A DNA stretch of 64,000 nt, from the NCBI GenBank assembly GCA_951406725.2, contig OX597823.1, positions 47,182,001 through 47,246,000 of the forward strand, in the 5' to 3' direction. Origin of the DNA: Octopus vulgaris (taxonomy: Eukaryota). Shown here piece after piece: positions 1-11,920 of this stretch (position 1 is the stretch's first letter; each line of letters begins with the position of its first letter). The notes below the pieces were generated by a model. That model was not told where the DNA came from, made no database searches, and saw only the letters and a list, made by a program, of their open reading frames with translations. The position numbers and the translations under genes were made by a program.

Positions 1-409
1 AAGGTGACAAATTACAAACACCATACCTTTGAAATTCTAACGTCTTTTTAGCTTTTTTTTCCTTTCCTTAATTTTTGCTACCGACGAAAAGTTTTTGACA
101 ACCCAGATTCTTAAAATGAATTTATTGTCTTCCTGTATGAAACGATCATATACCTACATGAATAAAAATAATTTCAATCCATATTAACATCTAATCTCTT
201 CCATTTACATAAAATATGATTGAATTTGTTGAATTTTGTTTCATAAGTTAAATCATATACTTAATATACTTATATAACTTTTCATATCTACGCTAATTTA
301 CACCAGTAGATTAATGAAAAGTATGAAGAAACAACGTTAGAAATCTTTTGGAAACTACTCCAGTTAAAGGACGAATTCACATTCAACCCTTTTAAAAATA
401 TATATATCT

Positions 410-464
<55 letters not shown>

Positions 465-656
465 CTTACGCCCAAAACAGCCGACCCATGGAATAACAAC
501 GCACCACACACCTTGTGAATGTTCGATTTACAGTATATACATGTATGTATGTATGTATGTATGTATGTATGTATGTATGTATGTATGTATATATATATAT
601 ATAGAGAGAGGGGGAGAAAGAGAGAGAGAAAGTGAGAGAGAGAGAGAGAGAGAGAG

Positions 657-1587
657 AGATACAATTGTATAGAATATAATTATACTTAAGGGGCACAGAA
701 ATTACCATGCCTATGTGCTGAAAATAGACGTCAAATACGCTCAAACACTAGATATTCACACAGGTTGAAAGCGGGAAAGCCGACTGTCTAAAAATCCATA
801 AAATAATTCAGATAGTCTTGGATTGATCAATTTCTGGATTAGTTTGGTAACTTTTCCTTCATCGGGAAAACATTTTGAGCGAATCCAGAAATTGATCAAT
901 TCAAGACTATCTGAATTATTTTATGGATTTTTAGACAGTCTGCCTTCCAGCTTTCAACATGTGTATACCGTAAATCCTTAAGTATAGTCCGCTCTTGAGT
1001 ATAATACGCAGGGGATTTTTAGGGGGCTGTACCTCTGAAAAACCTTGTGTATAATACGCACTCCTTCTCTAACTTGAGTCGTGTGTAATTATGCCAGCAG
1101 CACCTAGTCGAACAAACACTTCCGCGCATGCGTAATACAATAATGGTGATGTTCTTAACTGTTATATGGGAATGTAAATATGTTTGCAAATTGTTTTTGT
1201 TACATGTTATTCTGTGTTCTAAATACTTTTATTTTAATAAACGTTGCTTATTGCAAGTTATGGATGATTCTTTTATGATTTCATTGATTTCAGGCTTAGT
1301 TTAAGGTATTTTCACGCCCGACATCACAAAATGTGTCTGAATAAACATTGCCAACAGCAAATAGACACTCGGACATTGCTTAGAAAATATTTTTCATCTT
1401 TAACCTCGTATATAGTACACACTAGGGGTTTTGACCTTTAAATTTTTGGGGAAAAAATGCGGATTATACTCGAGGATTTACGGTATGTGGAGTGAATATC
1501 TGCAGTGGTTGGACGTCTATCTTCAGCATATATCTATGGTAGCTTCTGTGCTCCTAAGTATAATTGTATCCTATGCAATTATGTATC
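657..1587. repeat. Large imperfect palindrome (fold-back element) interrupted by a MITE
   Basis: Inner arms 758-840 and 882-964 are near-perfect reverse complements (gactgtctaaaaatccataaaataattcagatagtcttg / caagactatctgaattattttatggatttttagacagtc). Outer arms ~657-757 and ~1490-1587 are diverged reverse complements. Confidence 0.85.
968..1483. mobile_element. Non-autonomous Tc1/mariner-superfamily (pogo/Tigger-like) MITE
   Basis: 25-bp TIRs: ccgtaaatccttaagtatagtccgc versus the reverse complement of gcggattatactcgaggatttacgg (3 mismatches). TA duplication at 966-967 and 1484-1485. Confidence 0.85.
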
Positions 1588-1589
1588 TC

Positions 1590-1722
1590 TATTCTTTTGT
1601 TTCAGTCATTTGACTATGACCATGCTAGAGCACCGCCTTAAGTCAAAGAAATCGAGCCCAGGACTTATACTTTGTAGCCTGGTGCTTATTCTATCGGTCT
1701 CTTTTGCCGAACCGCTAAGTTA
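1590..1722 (-). mobile_element. SINE family A, 3' part
   Basis: Matches the reverse complement of the family A tail (…ggcggtgctccagcatgg…gtcaaatgactgaaacaa) seen in many copies in the window. Confidence 0.75.
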
Positions 1723-1816
1723 TATATGTATTCCACCTAAAAGGTTTTTTTATATGCTGGCCACTGATAGGATTATTTAATTTTAATGATTTTATCTTTT
1801 ATGTTTATTTATATAT

Positions 1817-1945
1817 GAGTGGCTGTGTGGTAAGAAGCTTGCTTCCCAACCATATGGTTCCGGGTTCAGTCCCACTTCTACTATAGCCTCGGGCCGACCA
1901 AAGTCTTGTGAGTTGATTTAGTAGACAGAAACTGAAAGAAGCCCG

Positions 1946-2008
<63 letters not shown>

Positions 2009-2370
2009 TTCAGTAAAGATTTAGATTCAGTTGAATATGGTACTTAAGTTAAAGGCAGCAGAATTTGGTATGGCATTATCCATATAATTCAAAATGGGGT
2101 GATTACAATCAAAATAAGCAACAAGGATATCCAGATGAATGTTGTTGATGAAACTTGTTCTTTGTCTACATACTTGCCCTCTTTGTGATTTTGGTTAGTA
2201 GAATAACTATACAAATGAATACTTTAAATTTAACTAAATTCTATATTTTTATGCAGCTGAAGATTGCTCTACATTTTAAAACTGATGTAATATTTGCATT
2301 GTCAATTAAATAGAGTCGCATGAAACGATAGTACTGCATTACCCTATGGATATCCTTGTTGCTTATTTTG

Positions 2371-2450
<80 letters not shown>

Positions 2451-2619
2451 TTGACAACCGATATTGGTGTGTTTACATCACCGTAACTTAGCGGACAGAA
2501 TAAGTACTTGGAGACCAATAGAATAAGTACTAGGCTTACAAAAAAAAAAAGAATCCTAGGGTCGATGTGTTCGATTAAAGATGACAGCAGTCAAGTAACT
2601 GAAACAAGTAAAAGAATAA

Positions 2620-2620
<1 letters not shown>
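1817..2620 (+). mobile_element. SINE family A (tRNA-derived, CORE-like, internal microsatellite) split by an insertion into its (TA)n tract
   Basis: Head gagtggctgtgtggtaag…gggttcagtccc at 1817-1950 and tail ttgacaaccgatattggtgtg…ctgaaacaagtaaaaga at 2450-2620. A TA-flanked insert occupies ~2006-2373. Confidence 0.8.
2251..2339 (+). ncRNA. Type I hammerhead ribozyme motif (Penelope pLTR-like)
   Basis: Stem I atgcag (2251-2256) / ctgcat (2334-2339). Core CTGAAGA at 2257-2263. Stem II tgc…gca with ctcta/tagag. GAAA at 2322-2325. Minimal stem III A-C-[gata]-G-T. GUA cleavage triplet ends at 2333. Confidence 0.75.
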
Positions 2621-2658
<38 letters not shown>

Positions 2659-2768
2659 CAGTAAATCATAAATCCGAAAAGGAAGCACACTCTAAGTTAT
2701 AGAGCAGTAGAGCATATAGATAAATATCTCTCACACTCTCTCTCTTTCTCTCTCTCTCCACACATACA

Positions 2769-3635
2769 CACGAAGTGCATTCCAGAAGTTTTTAGAATAT
2801 TTTTTCGGACAGGCATTATAAATGTCATAGATTACTGTAATTTCAGTCTATCATTACTATGCATCTAAAGAGCTGACCTGCTAACTTTCGTTATCCCAGT
2901 TGTTAGGAGACGGCTGCAAACAACACTTTGAAGCCACTCTACAAAACACTACTTATCACAGCTGACTAGTTTTCAGAATGCAGTCGAGACTGGCAGCGAG
3001 CTGGTAGAAACGTTAGCACGCCGGGCGAAATGCGTAGCCGTTACGTTCTGAGTTCAAATTCCGCCGAGGTCGACTTTGCCTTTCATCCTTTCGGGGTCGA
3101 TAAATAAAGTACCAGTTACGCACTGGGGTCGATGTAATCGACCTAATCCGTTTGTCTGTCCTTGTTTGTCCTCTCTGTGTGTAGCCCCTTGTGGGTAGTA
3201 AAGAAATAGGTATTTCGTTTGCCACTACGTTCTGAGTTCAAATTCCGCCGAGGTCGACTTTGCCTTTCATCCTTTCGGGGTCGATAAATTAAGTAACAGT
3301 TACGCACTGGGGTCGATGTAATCGACTTAATCCGTTTGTCTGTCTTTGTTTGTCCGCTCTGTGTGTAGCCCCTTGTGGGCAATAAAAACATAAAAATGCA
3401 GTCGAGACGTGAAATAATATGGAAGCTCGCTATGCAATAAAATTTTCGTGTTACATTAGACAAAAACGCTACAGAAACTTAAAAAGTGCTCTGGTCTGTT
3501 TATGGATTGACTTGTATGAGCCGTACGTTTTTCGCAGGCACTAGAGGCGAGACAGAGATGGACATCAAAATTGTCTCTCACCCTCCCTACTGTCCAGACT
3601 TTGCTCCCTGTGACTTCTAGTTTTTCTCAAGGGTC
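2769..3635 (+). mobile_element. Degenerate, internally deleted mariner element interrupted by a SINE
   Basis: Translated remnants: an N-terminal HTH-like stretch (LDKNATET*KVL..VYG..CMSR) and HPPYCPDFAPCDF (YSPDLAPxD motif) at ~3578-3617. Confidence 0.65.
2991..3394 (+). mobile_element. SINE family B (tRNA-derived head, Nin/Deu-like domain), internally dimeric
   Basis: B-box-like gagttcaaattcc. The segment gcctttcatcctttcggggtcgataaa occurs twice. 14-bp TSD aatgcagtcgagac at 2977-2990 and 3395-3408. Confidence 0.9.
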
Positions 3636-3837
3636 GTCTCATCAGAATAAGGGACCTCCTAAGCAAATCAATGAGCACTATAGTGTTAATTTATTGATAC
3701 AGCAAGCTACATCATATGCAGATCAAAACTGGGCCCCAAGACCTGTGAGGAGATCCCTGGCAAACTGCCCAGTGTGCTTATGTCTAAAGACAGCCGTGCT
3801 CAGGATCATCACAACGGTTAGCAAGAAGGCACTCTCA

Positions 3838-4202
3838 GCAAGCGGGCAGAAACGTTAGCACGCCGGGCAAAATGCGTAGCCGCATTTCGTCTGTCGTTAC
3901 GTTGTGAGTTCAATTTCCGCCAAGGTCGACTTTGCCTTTCCTCCTTTCGGGGTCGATAAATTAAGTACCAGTTACGCACTGGGGTCGATGTAATCGACTT
4001 AATACCTATGTCTGTCCTTGTTTGTCCCCTCTATGTTTAGCCCCTTGTGGGTAATAAAGAAATAGGTATTTCTTCTGCCGTTACGTTCTGAGTTCAAATT
4101 CCGCCGAGGTCGACTTTGCCTGTCATCCTTTCGAGATCGATAAATTAAGTACCAGTTACGCACTGGGGTCGATGTTTAGCCCCTTGTGGGCAATAAAGAA
4201 AT
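3838..4202 (+). mobile_element. SINE family B, dimeric
   Basis: Same body as 2991-3394. 15-bp TSD aagaaggcac(t/c)ctca at 3823-3837 and 4203-4217. Confidence 0.88.
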
Positions 4203-4239
4203 AAGAAGGCACCCTCATATCGTTAGTGAAACCGATATG

Positions 4240-4665
4240 TTTTGATCCATCCGTTTTTCTTTGTCCACAGTTCCTGAGAGGGCCGTGGAGGCAGGATCCT
4301 CAGGCCCCTTCTCCATAAGGCTCTTTGAGTACCAACCGTCATTACACTTTCCAGTTGAATTACCAAGCGTGACCAATTGAGACTTTGGATATTATCCAGT
4401 CATTCCGTTCTTGGTCTCTTCCTGGTTCTCCTGCCGGTTGGTTCAGCTTGGAGAATCTGTCTTGCTATTCTTTTCCTGCAATGTTCTAATTCCATGTGCG
4501 TTGTACCAGAACTGTAACCTTTCAACGAGGAGAAATAACTGCTTGACGTGGGAGACTCTAGAATCACTGGGCTACGTGCCCTGTCGTGTAACTTAAGTTC
4601 GGAGACTCTTCAGAGGAACCCTCATTTTGGCTGCTTGCATATATGATCGTATTCTTTCGGTCATC
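4240..4665 (-). mobile_element. RTE-clade LINE 3' fragment (pseudogenised)
   Basis: The minus strand translates, with stops and frameshifts, to MTERIRSYMQAAKMR…RIARQILQAEPTGRRTRKRPRTE*LDNI…LRILPPRP. This is a typical RTE C-terminus. Confidence 0.75.
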
Positions 4666-4769
4666 ACAAAACATTCACAACCATAGCTAGGGCCGGCCCG
4701 TTGCCAGACTTTGGTGCCCGGGGTGCTTCAGAATATTCTAAGTAAGCACTGACTTGTATTCCAGGAAGA

Positions 4770-5152
4770 TTTTTGTAAACGGAATTTTCTACATCTGAGG
4801 GTACACCATTGAATAGTGAAGGGGGGAAGTACCGTCCAGTGAACCCACTTAGCAGCGGGCATAATTTAAGAAGAAAAGTTATGTCAGACTTGAAGAAATG
4901 TACCACGACAAGAGCTTTGTAAACTGTATTCTCTAAATTTGATGGTGCACCATTGAAAAAAAGGAGGAGGGCACTGCTTTTCAGTGCATTCCCTTAGCGA
5001 CGGGCATGGTTTAAGTAGAAAAGTTAGTCAGACTTGAAGAAACGTACTGCAGGAAGACGGTTCTAACTGTATTTTCTAAATCTGAGGGTGCAATATTGAA
5101 TGGTGAGAGGTAAGAAAGAGCCTTTCAGTGCATTCCCTTACCGACGAGCATA
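4770..5152. repeat. Diverged ~145-bp minisatellite (~2.7 units), possibly inside a non-autonomous DNA transposon
   Basis: Recurrent blocks attttctaaatctgagggtgca, cagtgcattccctta and agaaaagtta(t)gtcagacttgaagaa, with units starting at ~4775, ~4918 and ~5063. Confidence 0.7.
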
Positions 5153-5620
5153 TAGGTGAGGACAGACGCAAAAACCAAATTGTAGTCATATTTTCAAAAT
5201 AATGAAATCCCAAAAATGGAAACAAGATGTTACAAGTTCAAGATTTAAACTTGGAGATGCCCTCGACTATATAAAACTTGGCGACACCCAGTTAAAAAAA
5301 AAATCACCCCAGGTTTCGAAGAAATTGTAATTATATATGCCTTTTAATTACTTTGAGACTTCCCTGGCTTGTAAGCTTTAAATGGTTGCGAGTTAAAATT
5401 TTACCTAAATCCAGCGCTGGGTGGTTGGACTTAAACTCAATTACGGATGAAATAGCAGCCAAATCTCCTTTCAGCAACACTATATACTATATAAAAGATG
5501 CTAAGAGCTGATGATGTAGTCCCGGATATATTATAATCACGCACGCACAACCCCCCCCTATATATATATGCACACACACACACACACATATATATATAGC
5601 TATATATTTTTATACATAAT

Positions 5621-5652
<32 letters not shown>

Positions 5653-5999
5653 CACGCACAGAGAGAGAGGAGAGAGGGAGCGAGAGAGAGAGAAAGACAG
5701 AGAGATAGATATAAACACGCAAGTACACGAAGGTGCACACACACACACACACATGCATACACACCTAAGCAACTAATGTCACATATAGAAATACACACGC
5801 ACAAACACAGATACACATAAATATTCATATTCACGGATGCATTCACTTAAGTACATTCACGCATACATATAAACACACACACACACATGTTATTTTTTTT
5901 TTGAAAGTGTAATAAATATGTAGTTTTGTAGTGTTGTAGTGGTAGAGTAGGCTGGCGTTGAGGAGTGAATTATTGTCGAAGTAAAGACATGGGGAAATA

Positions 6000-7138
6000 T
6001 GGAGGGAAAGAGAAGCATTTAGAGTGAACAACGAAGAGGAAGAGAAAAAAGAAAGAGTCTGAGAGAGAAGGGAAAGCTTAAGAGGAAAGGAATAGAGACA
6101 GGAAACACATACGTTTGGAGAGAGAAGGAGGAAGGAGAGAGAAAGGGATAGAGATAAATGAAAGAAGAAAATAGGGTGAACAATGACAAAGGAAGACTAA
6201 GAGAGATATATTGAATTACACATAGTGGGGAAGAGAGAGAAAGAGTGAGAGAGTAAACGCGTGAGAGAGAGAGAGTGTGTGTGAGAATAGAGAGAGTGTG
6301 GAGAGAGTGAGGGAGGGAGGGAGACAGGGTAGAGAGATAAAGAGTGGAGAGAGAGAGGGAGACAGAGTAGAGAGATAGAGCGTAGAGAGAGAGGGAGACA
6401 GAATAGAGAGATAGAGAGTGGAGAGAGAGAGATAGGGAGGGAGACAGAGTAGAGAGAGTGTAGAGAGAGAGGGAGACAGAGCAGAGAGATAGAGAGTGGA
6501 GAGGGAGAGAGATGGAGATAGGGTAGAGAGATAAAGAGTGGAGAGAGAGAGAGAGAGAAAGAGAGAGCGAGGGGAGAGCGAGAAACAGACAAACAGATTG
6601 GCAGACAGACAAGAAAGACAGACATTCAAAGCAGGACATGAAATCACACACAGGAAGAGGATGAGTGGCAGACAGAAGAGAGCAAGAGAGAAAAAGGAAG
6701 AGGGAGAGAAAGAGAAACAGACAGACAGACAGACAGACAGATAGATAGATAGATAGACAGACTGAGGGTAGGAGAGAGAGAGAGATGAATTGACAGAGAC
6801 GCAAAAGCCAGTGGTTATTAGGCACACTTACATAGAAAATCTACTTACGCACACGCATACACGCAGACGTACACACATACACACACAGAGTAATACAGAG
6901 AGATAGAGAAACGGAGGGAACGAGAGTGAGAGAGACAGAGACAGAGAAAGAGAGAGAGAGAGGAGGGGGACCTCTACATAAAGAAAGAAAGGGGATTGAA
7001 ACAAAGACAATGCATACGTACACATGCAGACGTTTATAAGAAAAAAATTAAGGACATGGACGTAGATGATGCAGCAGGGAGGGTGAGAAGGTAAAGAAAG
7101 AGAGAGAGCCAAATAGATAGACAGACAGACATACAGAC

Positions 7139-7206
<68 letters not shown>

Positions 7207-7260
7207 TAACTGAGCGTTAGAGAGTAAGAGACAGGGAGATAGAGAGGGAAAGAGATGGAA
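6000..7260. repeat. Purine-rich compound repeat (GA)n/(GACA)n/(GATA)n
   Basis: Seen directly in the sequence. Confidence 0.9.
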
Positions 7261-7739
7261 GTTACGTAGATGGATTTTGAAGCCCGAAATAAAGTTGTCA
7301 TTACTTAGTCGATAGAGGAACTTCTACTAAGAAACAAACATCAAACAAAACAAATAAAGAAAGGCGATAATTAATACGTGGCCGTTGCTTGTTAGTGAGA
7401 TTAATTAACAAAACACATGACCGACTGATGGGGGGATACGAGGAGTGGTGGTGGTGGTGGTGGCGGCGGTGGTATTGGTGGTGGAGGAGAGGAGAGGACG
7501 AGACACACACACACACACACACACACTTGTCTAGCTCTCTCAAACTGAAAGGAAACCAGATCCTCTCCTTGCAAGCCACTTAAAACAAATCACTCACACA
7601 CGTCCGTAGCTTGTTTCAAGAAGGGGAAAAAGAAAAAAAAAAAAAAAAGTAAAGGAAGAAGGAAAATATATAAAATAACCTAACCTATGCAATTATTACG
7701 ATAGCAATATCCTTCACCCCCCTACCTACCATCCTTTCT

Positions 7740-8083
7740 GTTGTTTTTCCCTCTCTCTCTCTCTCTCTCTAACTGTCATCAGCTAACTTAAGCTCCCTCC
7801 CTCCTCTCACTCTCACTCTATCACTCTTTCTCTCTCTCTCAATCATTATTTATCACTTTCTTCCTCTCGCTCTCCTTCTCTCTCTCTCTCTCTCTCTCAT
7901 TCTCTTTCTTTCTCTTTTTCTCTTCCTGCCACTCGACTCGGCAGGTTGACGTTTTTCTCCAAAATTCTTATCCCTTTTACTATCTCTTACTCTCTCACTT
8001 TTTCTATTTCCCCTCCCCACTCTCCATGTATTTCCTTTTCATCAACTCTTCTCATTTCACTTGTTTTGTTTCTCTCTTTCCTC

Positions 8084-8122
<39 letters not shown>

Positions 8123-8203
8123 TGTCTGATTAATATGATGTTTTAAATACATTTCTCTCACAGAATAATTTCCCTCAATCTCTGTTCATCTATCATCACC
8201 CGT

Positions 8204-8289
<86 letters not shown>

Positions 8290-8432
8290 CCTATATCTAT
8301 CTATCTATCTAACTACCTATCTACCTACCTACCTACCTACCTACCTACCTATCTATCTATCTATTTATCTATCTGTCTGTCTGTCTGTCTGTCTATCTGT
8401 CTGTCTATCTATCTATCCATTATCTATTTGTG

Positions 8433-8481
<49 letters not shown>

Positions 8482-8494
8482 CATCCATCCATCC

Positions 8495-8569
<75 letters not shown>

Positions 8570-9115
8570 AGTCCTTTTCTTTCCTTCACCCTTTCTTTGA
8601 TACTTTCACCTAATATTTTTCCTACTCTGATTCTGTCGTCTGCCACAGGTTTCCTTTCGATTTGTCCTTAGTATTTTCCCTGTCGTTCCTTCTTTGCTAA
8701 CATTTTATCCTTCATTCTTCCCTTTTTACCCTCCTTCCTTCCTTCCTTCCTTCCTTTCTTTCCTTCTTTCCTTTCTCCCCCCTTGCCATTCATTCATTAA
8801 TTCAATCGTTCGAACGTACTTTTCCCATTCCCTGTCTAGCCACTCTCTTACACTCTCTCACTCAATGTCTCCCACGACGTCTCAATCTCTTTTATCTGTT
8901 TATCTCTTTCTCATTGCACTTTCTTTTTGTTCCCAACCCTGAACATTAACTGCAATTGTCACATGCCCTACCAATCAATTATTCTCTCTCACGCTCTCTC
9001 ACACTCTCGCTCTCTCGCTTTCTCACTCTCGCCTTCCTCTCTATCTCTCTCTTTCTTTCTCCATATCTATCTATCTATCTATCTATCTATCTCTCTATCT
9101 ATCTCTCTCTCTATA
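7740..9115. repeat. Pyrimidine-rich compound repeat (TC)n/(TCTA)n/(TTCC)n
   Basis: Seen directly in the sequence. Confidence 0.9.
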
Positions 9116-9227
9116 TATATACATATGTGACATTAATAAAAATCTGTAAATGTATAACCATCCAGTACCTTATTTTTTCTTATACATAATACCTGTACAT
9201 CACATCGAAACCTTCTAATATATAGAT

Positions 9228-9264
<37 letters not shown>

Positions 9265-9393
9265 GGTCCCGGGTTGATTCGGGGTTAACCACAGTAAGTA
9301 AGGTACTCAATACATAGCAGAGTAAAATTAATTTATTATATAGAAGGAGTTTACAGGACTATACTATTCTGAAACAGTACTAGTCCTGTATCC

Positions 9394-9464
<71 letters not shown>

Positions 9465-9491
9465 TATATATACATATATACGTATATACAT

Positions 9492-9536
<45 letters not shown>

Positions 9537-9553
9537 CATATACATATATACAT

Positions 9554-9588
<35 letters not shown>

Positions 9589-9679
9589 CACATATATATA
9601 TCTGTATGTATGTATGAAGAGCGTTGGCTCGAAAAGTAAAAGACTTTCTCCCTTCTCGAACGTTAAACTAATACGTCTG

Positions 9680-9730
<51 letters not shown>

Positions 9731-9829
9731 TATGTATATATAGGTATGTATATATAAATATATATATATTAAATGTATATATATACATATTTGTATGCAT
9801 ATGTATATGTATATGTATATGTATATATA

Positions 9830-10153
9830 TACTCTTTTACTTGTTTCAGTCATTTGACTGCGGCCATGCTGGAGCACCGCCTTTAGTCGAGCAATAGACC
9901 CCGGGACTTATTCTTTGTAAGCCCAGTACTTATTCTATCGGTCTCTTGTGCCGAACCGCCAAGTGACGGGGACGTAAACACACCAGCATCGGTTGTCAAG
10001 CAATGCTAGGGGGACAAACACAGACACACAAACACACACATACATATATATATACACATATACGACAGGCTTCTTTCAGTTTCCGTCTACCAAATCCACT
10101 CACAAGGCATTGGTCGGCCCGGGGCTATAGCAGAAGACACTTGCCTAAGATGC

Positions 10154-10157
<4 letters not shown>
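9830..10157 (-). mobile_element. SINE family A
   Basis: Near-identical to the copies at 18355-18752 and 26767-27180. Confidence 0.85.
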
Positions 10158-10193
<36 letters not shown>

Positions 10194-10282
10194 CATATAT
10201 ACATAATATATATATACATACATACACACGCACACGCGCGCATGCGCACAGACACATATATCGTCTTTTACATCTACGTACA

Positions 10283-10470
10283 TGAAGGTGCGTGGCTTAG
10301 TGGTAAGAGCGATGCACAAATGATCGTAAGATTCTGGTTTCGATTCCTGAACTGGACGACGAGTTGTGTTCTTGAGCAAAATACTTCATTTCACATTGCT
10401 CCAGTTCAATCAGCTAACGAAAATGAGTAATCCTGCGATGGACTGCCGTCCCATCCAGGTGGGAAATATA
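10283..10470 (+). mobile_element. SINE family C (tRNA-derived, CORE-like)
   Basis: A-box tggcttagtgg, B-box ggtttcgattcc and CORE-like cttgagcaaaatacttcatttcacattgctccagtt. Confidence 0.7.
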
Positions 10471-10496
10471 TATGAGTCTATGTGACTCGGGAAAGA

Positions 10497-10940
10497 TTCT
10501 TTTATTCTTTTACTTGTATCACTCATTTGACTGCAGCCACGCAGGATGTATTCTTTGTAAGCCTAGTACTTATTCTGTCGTTTTACTTTGCCGAACCGCT
10601 AATTTACGGGGACGTAAACACACCAGCATCGGTCGTCAAGCGATGGTGGGAGGACAAACACACACGTATACATGTACTTATATATATATATATGTATGTA
10701 TGTATATACATACATACATACATATATACATACATACATACATACATATATGTATATATATATATATATACAAAATGGGACAAGAACGCAAACGGCTTCT
10801 TTCAATTTCTGTCTACCAAATCCACTCACAAGGCTTTGGTCGGCCCGAGGCTATAACACTTGCCGAAGGTGTCACGCAGTGGAACTGAACCCGGAACCAT
10901 GTGGTTGGGACGTAAGCTTTTTACCATACAGCCACTCCTC
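10497..10940 (-). mobile_element. SINE family A
   Basis: Head, internal microsatellite and tail modules are all present. Confidence 0.8.
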
Positions 10941-11494
10941 TCTCTCTTTCTCTCTCTCTCTCCCCCCCCTCTCTCTCTCTCTCTCTTCAAACTACATATT
11001 ATCTGTTCGCGTGCACCTACACACACACACACACACACATACACACACGTGCGCACACATACACATACACACAAGCATTTATTCATTTGCATACTCTCGT
11101 ATGCACGCATAAACACACACACACACAAACACCACCGTCCATATGTACATATGCGCATTTGTACACATACACACGCAGGAAACAATGTGTGTGTATCATA
11201 CATACATACATAAATACATACATAAATGCATACATACATACATACATACATACATGCATGCATGCATACATACATACATACATACATACATACATACATG
11301 CATGCATGCATACATACATACATACATACATACATACATACATAAATACATACATACATACATACATACATACATACATACATACATACATACATACATA
11401 CATACATGGGCAAACTGCAAAATGGGAAGGCTCCTGGAAAGGATCTAATTGTTGTATATTGGTACAAGAAGTTGACATTTTATAGAAACCATAT

Positions 11495-11915
11495 AGGCGT
11501 AGGAGTGGGTGTGTGGTAAGTAGCTTCCTTACCAACCACATGGTTCCGGGTTCAGTCCCACTGCATGGCACCTTGGGCAAGTGTCTTCCACTATAGCCTC
11601 GGGCCGGCCAAAGCCTTGTGAGTGGATTTGGTAGACGGAAACTGAAAGAAGCCCGTTGTATATATGTATGTATATATATATATATATATATATAGGTGTG
11701 TGTATATGTTTGTGTGTTTGTGTTTGTCCCCCCAACATCGCTTGACAACCGATGCTGGTGTGTTTACGCCCCCGTAACTTAGCGGTTCGGCAAAACAGAC
11801 CAATAGAATAAGTACTAGGCTGACAAAGAATAAGTCCTGGGGTCGTCGACTAAAGGCGGTGCTCCAGCATGGCCACAGTCAAATGACTGAAACAAGTAAA
11901 AGAGTAAAAGAGTAA
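11495..11915 (+). mobile_element. SINE family A, full length
   Basis: ggcgtaggagtgg…ccttgggcaagtgtctt…(TA)n…gtcaaatgactgaaacaa(gtaaaaga)n tail. Confidence 0.9.
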
Positions 11916-11920
11916 ACCAA

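Noticed and set aside
700-780. Hammerhead in the 657-1587 palindrome arms (ctgaa(a/g)a…gaaa)
   Set aside because: No NUH site or stem I could be placed.
4770-5152. CRISPR-like array
   Set aside because: The units are long diverged tandem repeats without a constant repeat/unique spacer pattern. The context is eukaryotic and has no cas genes.
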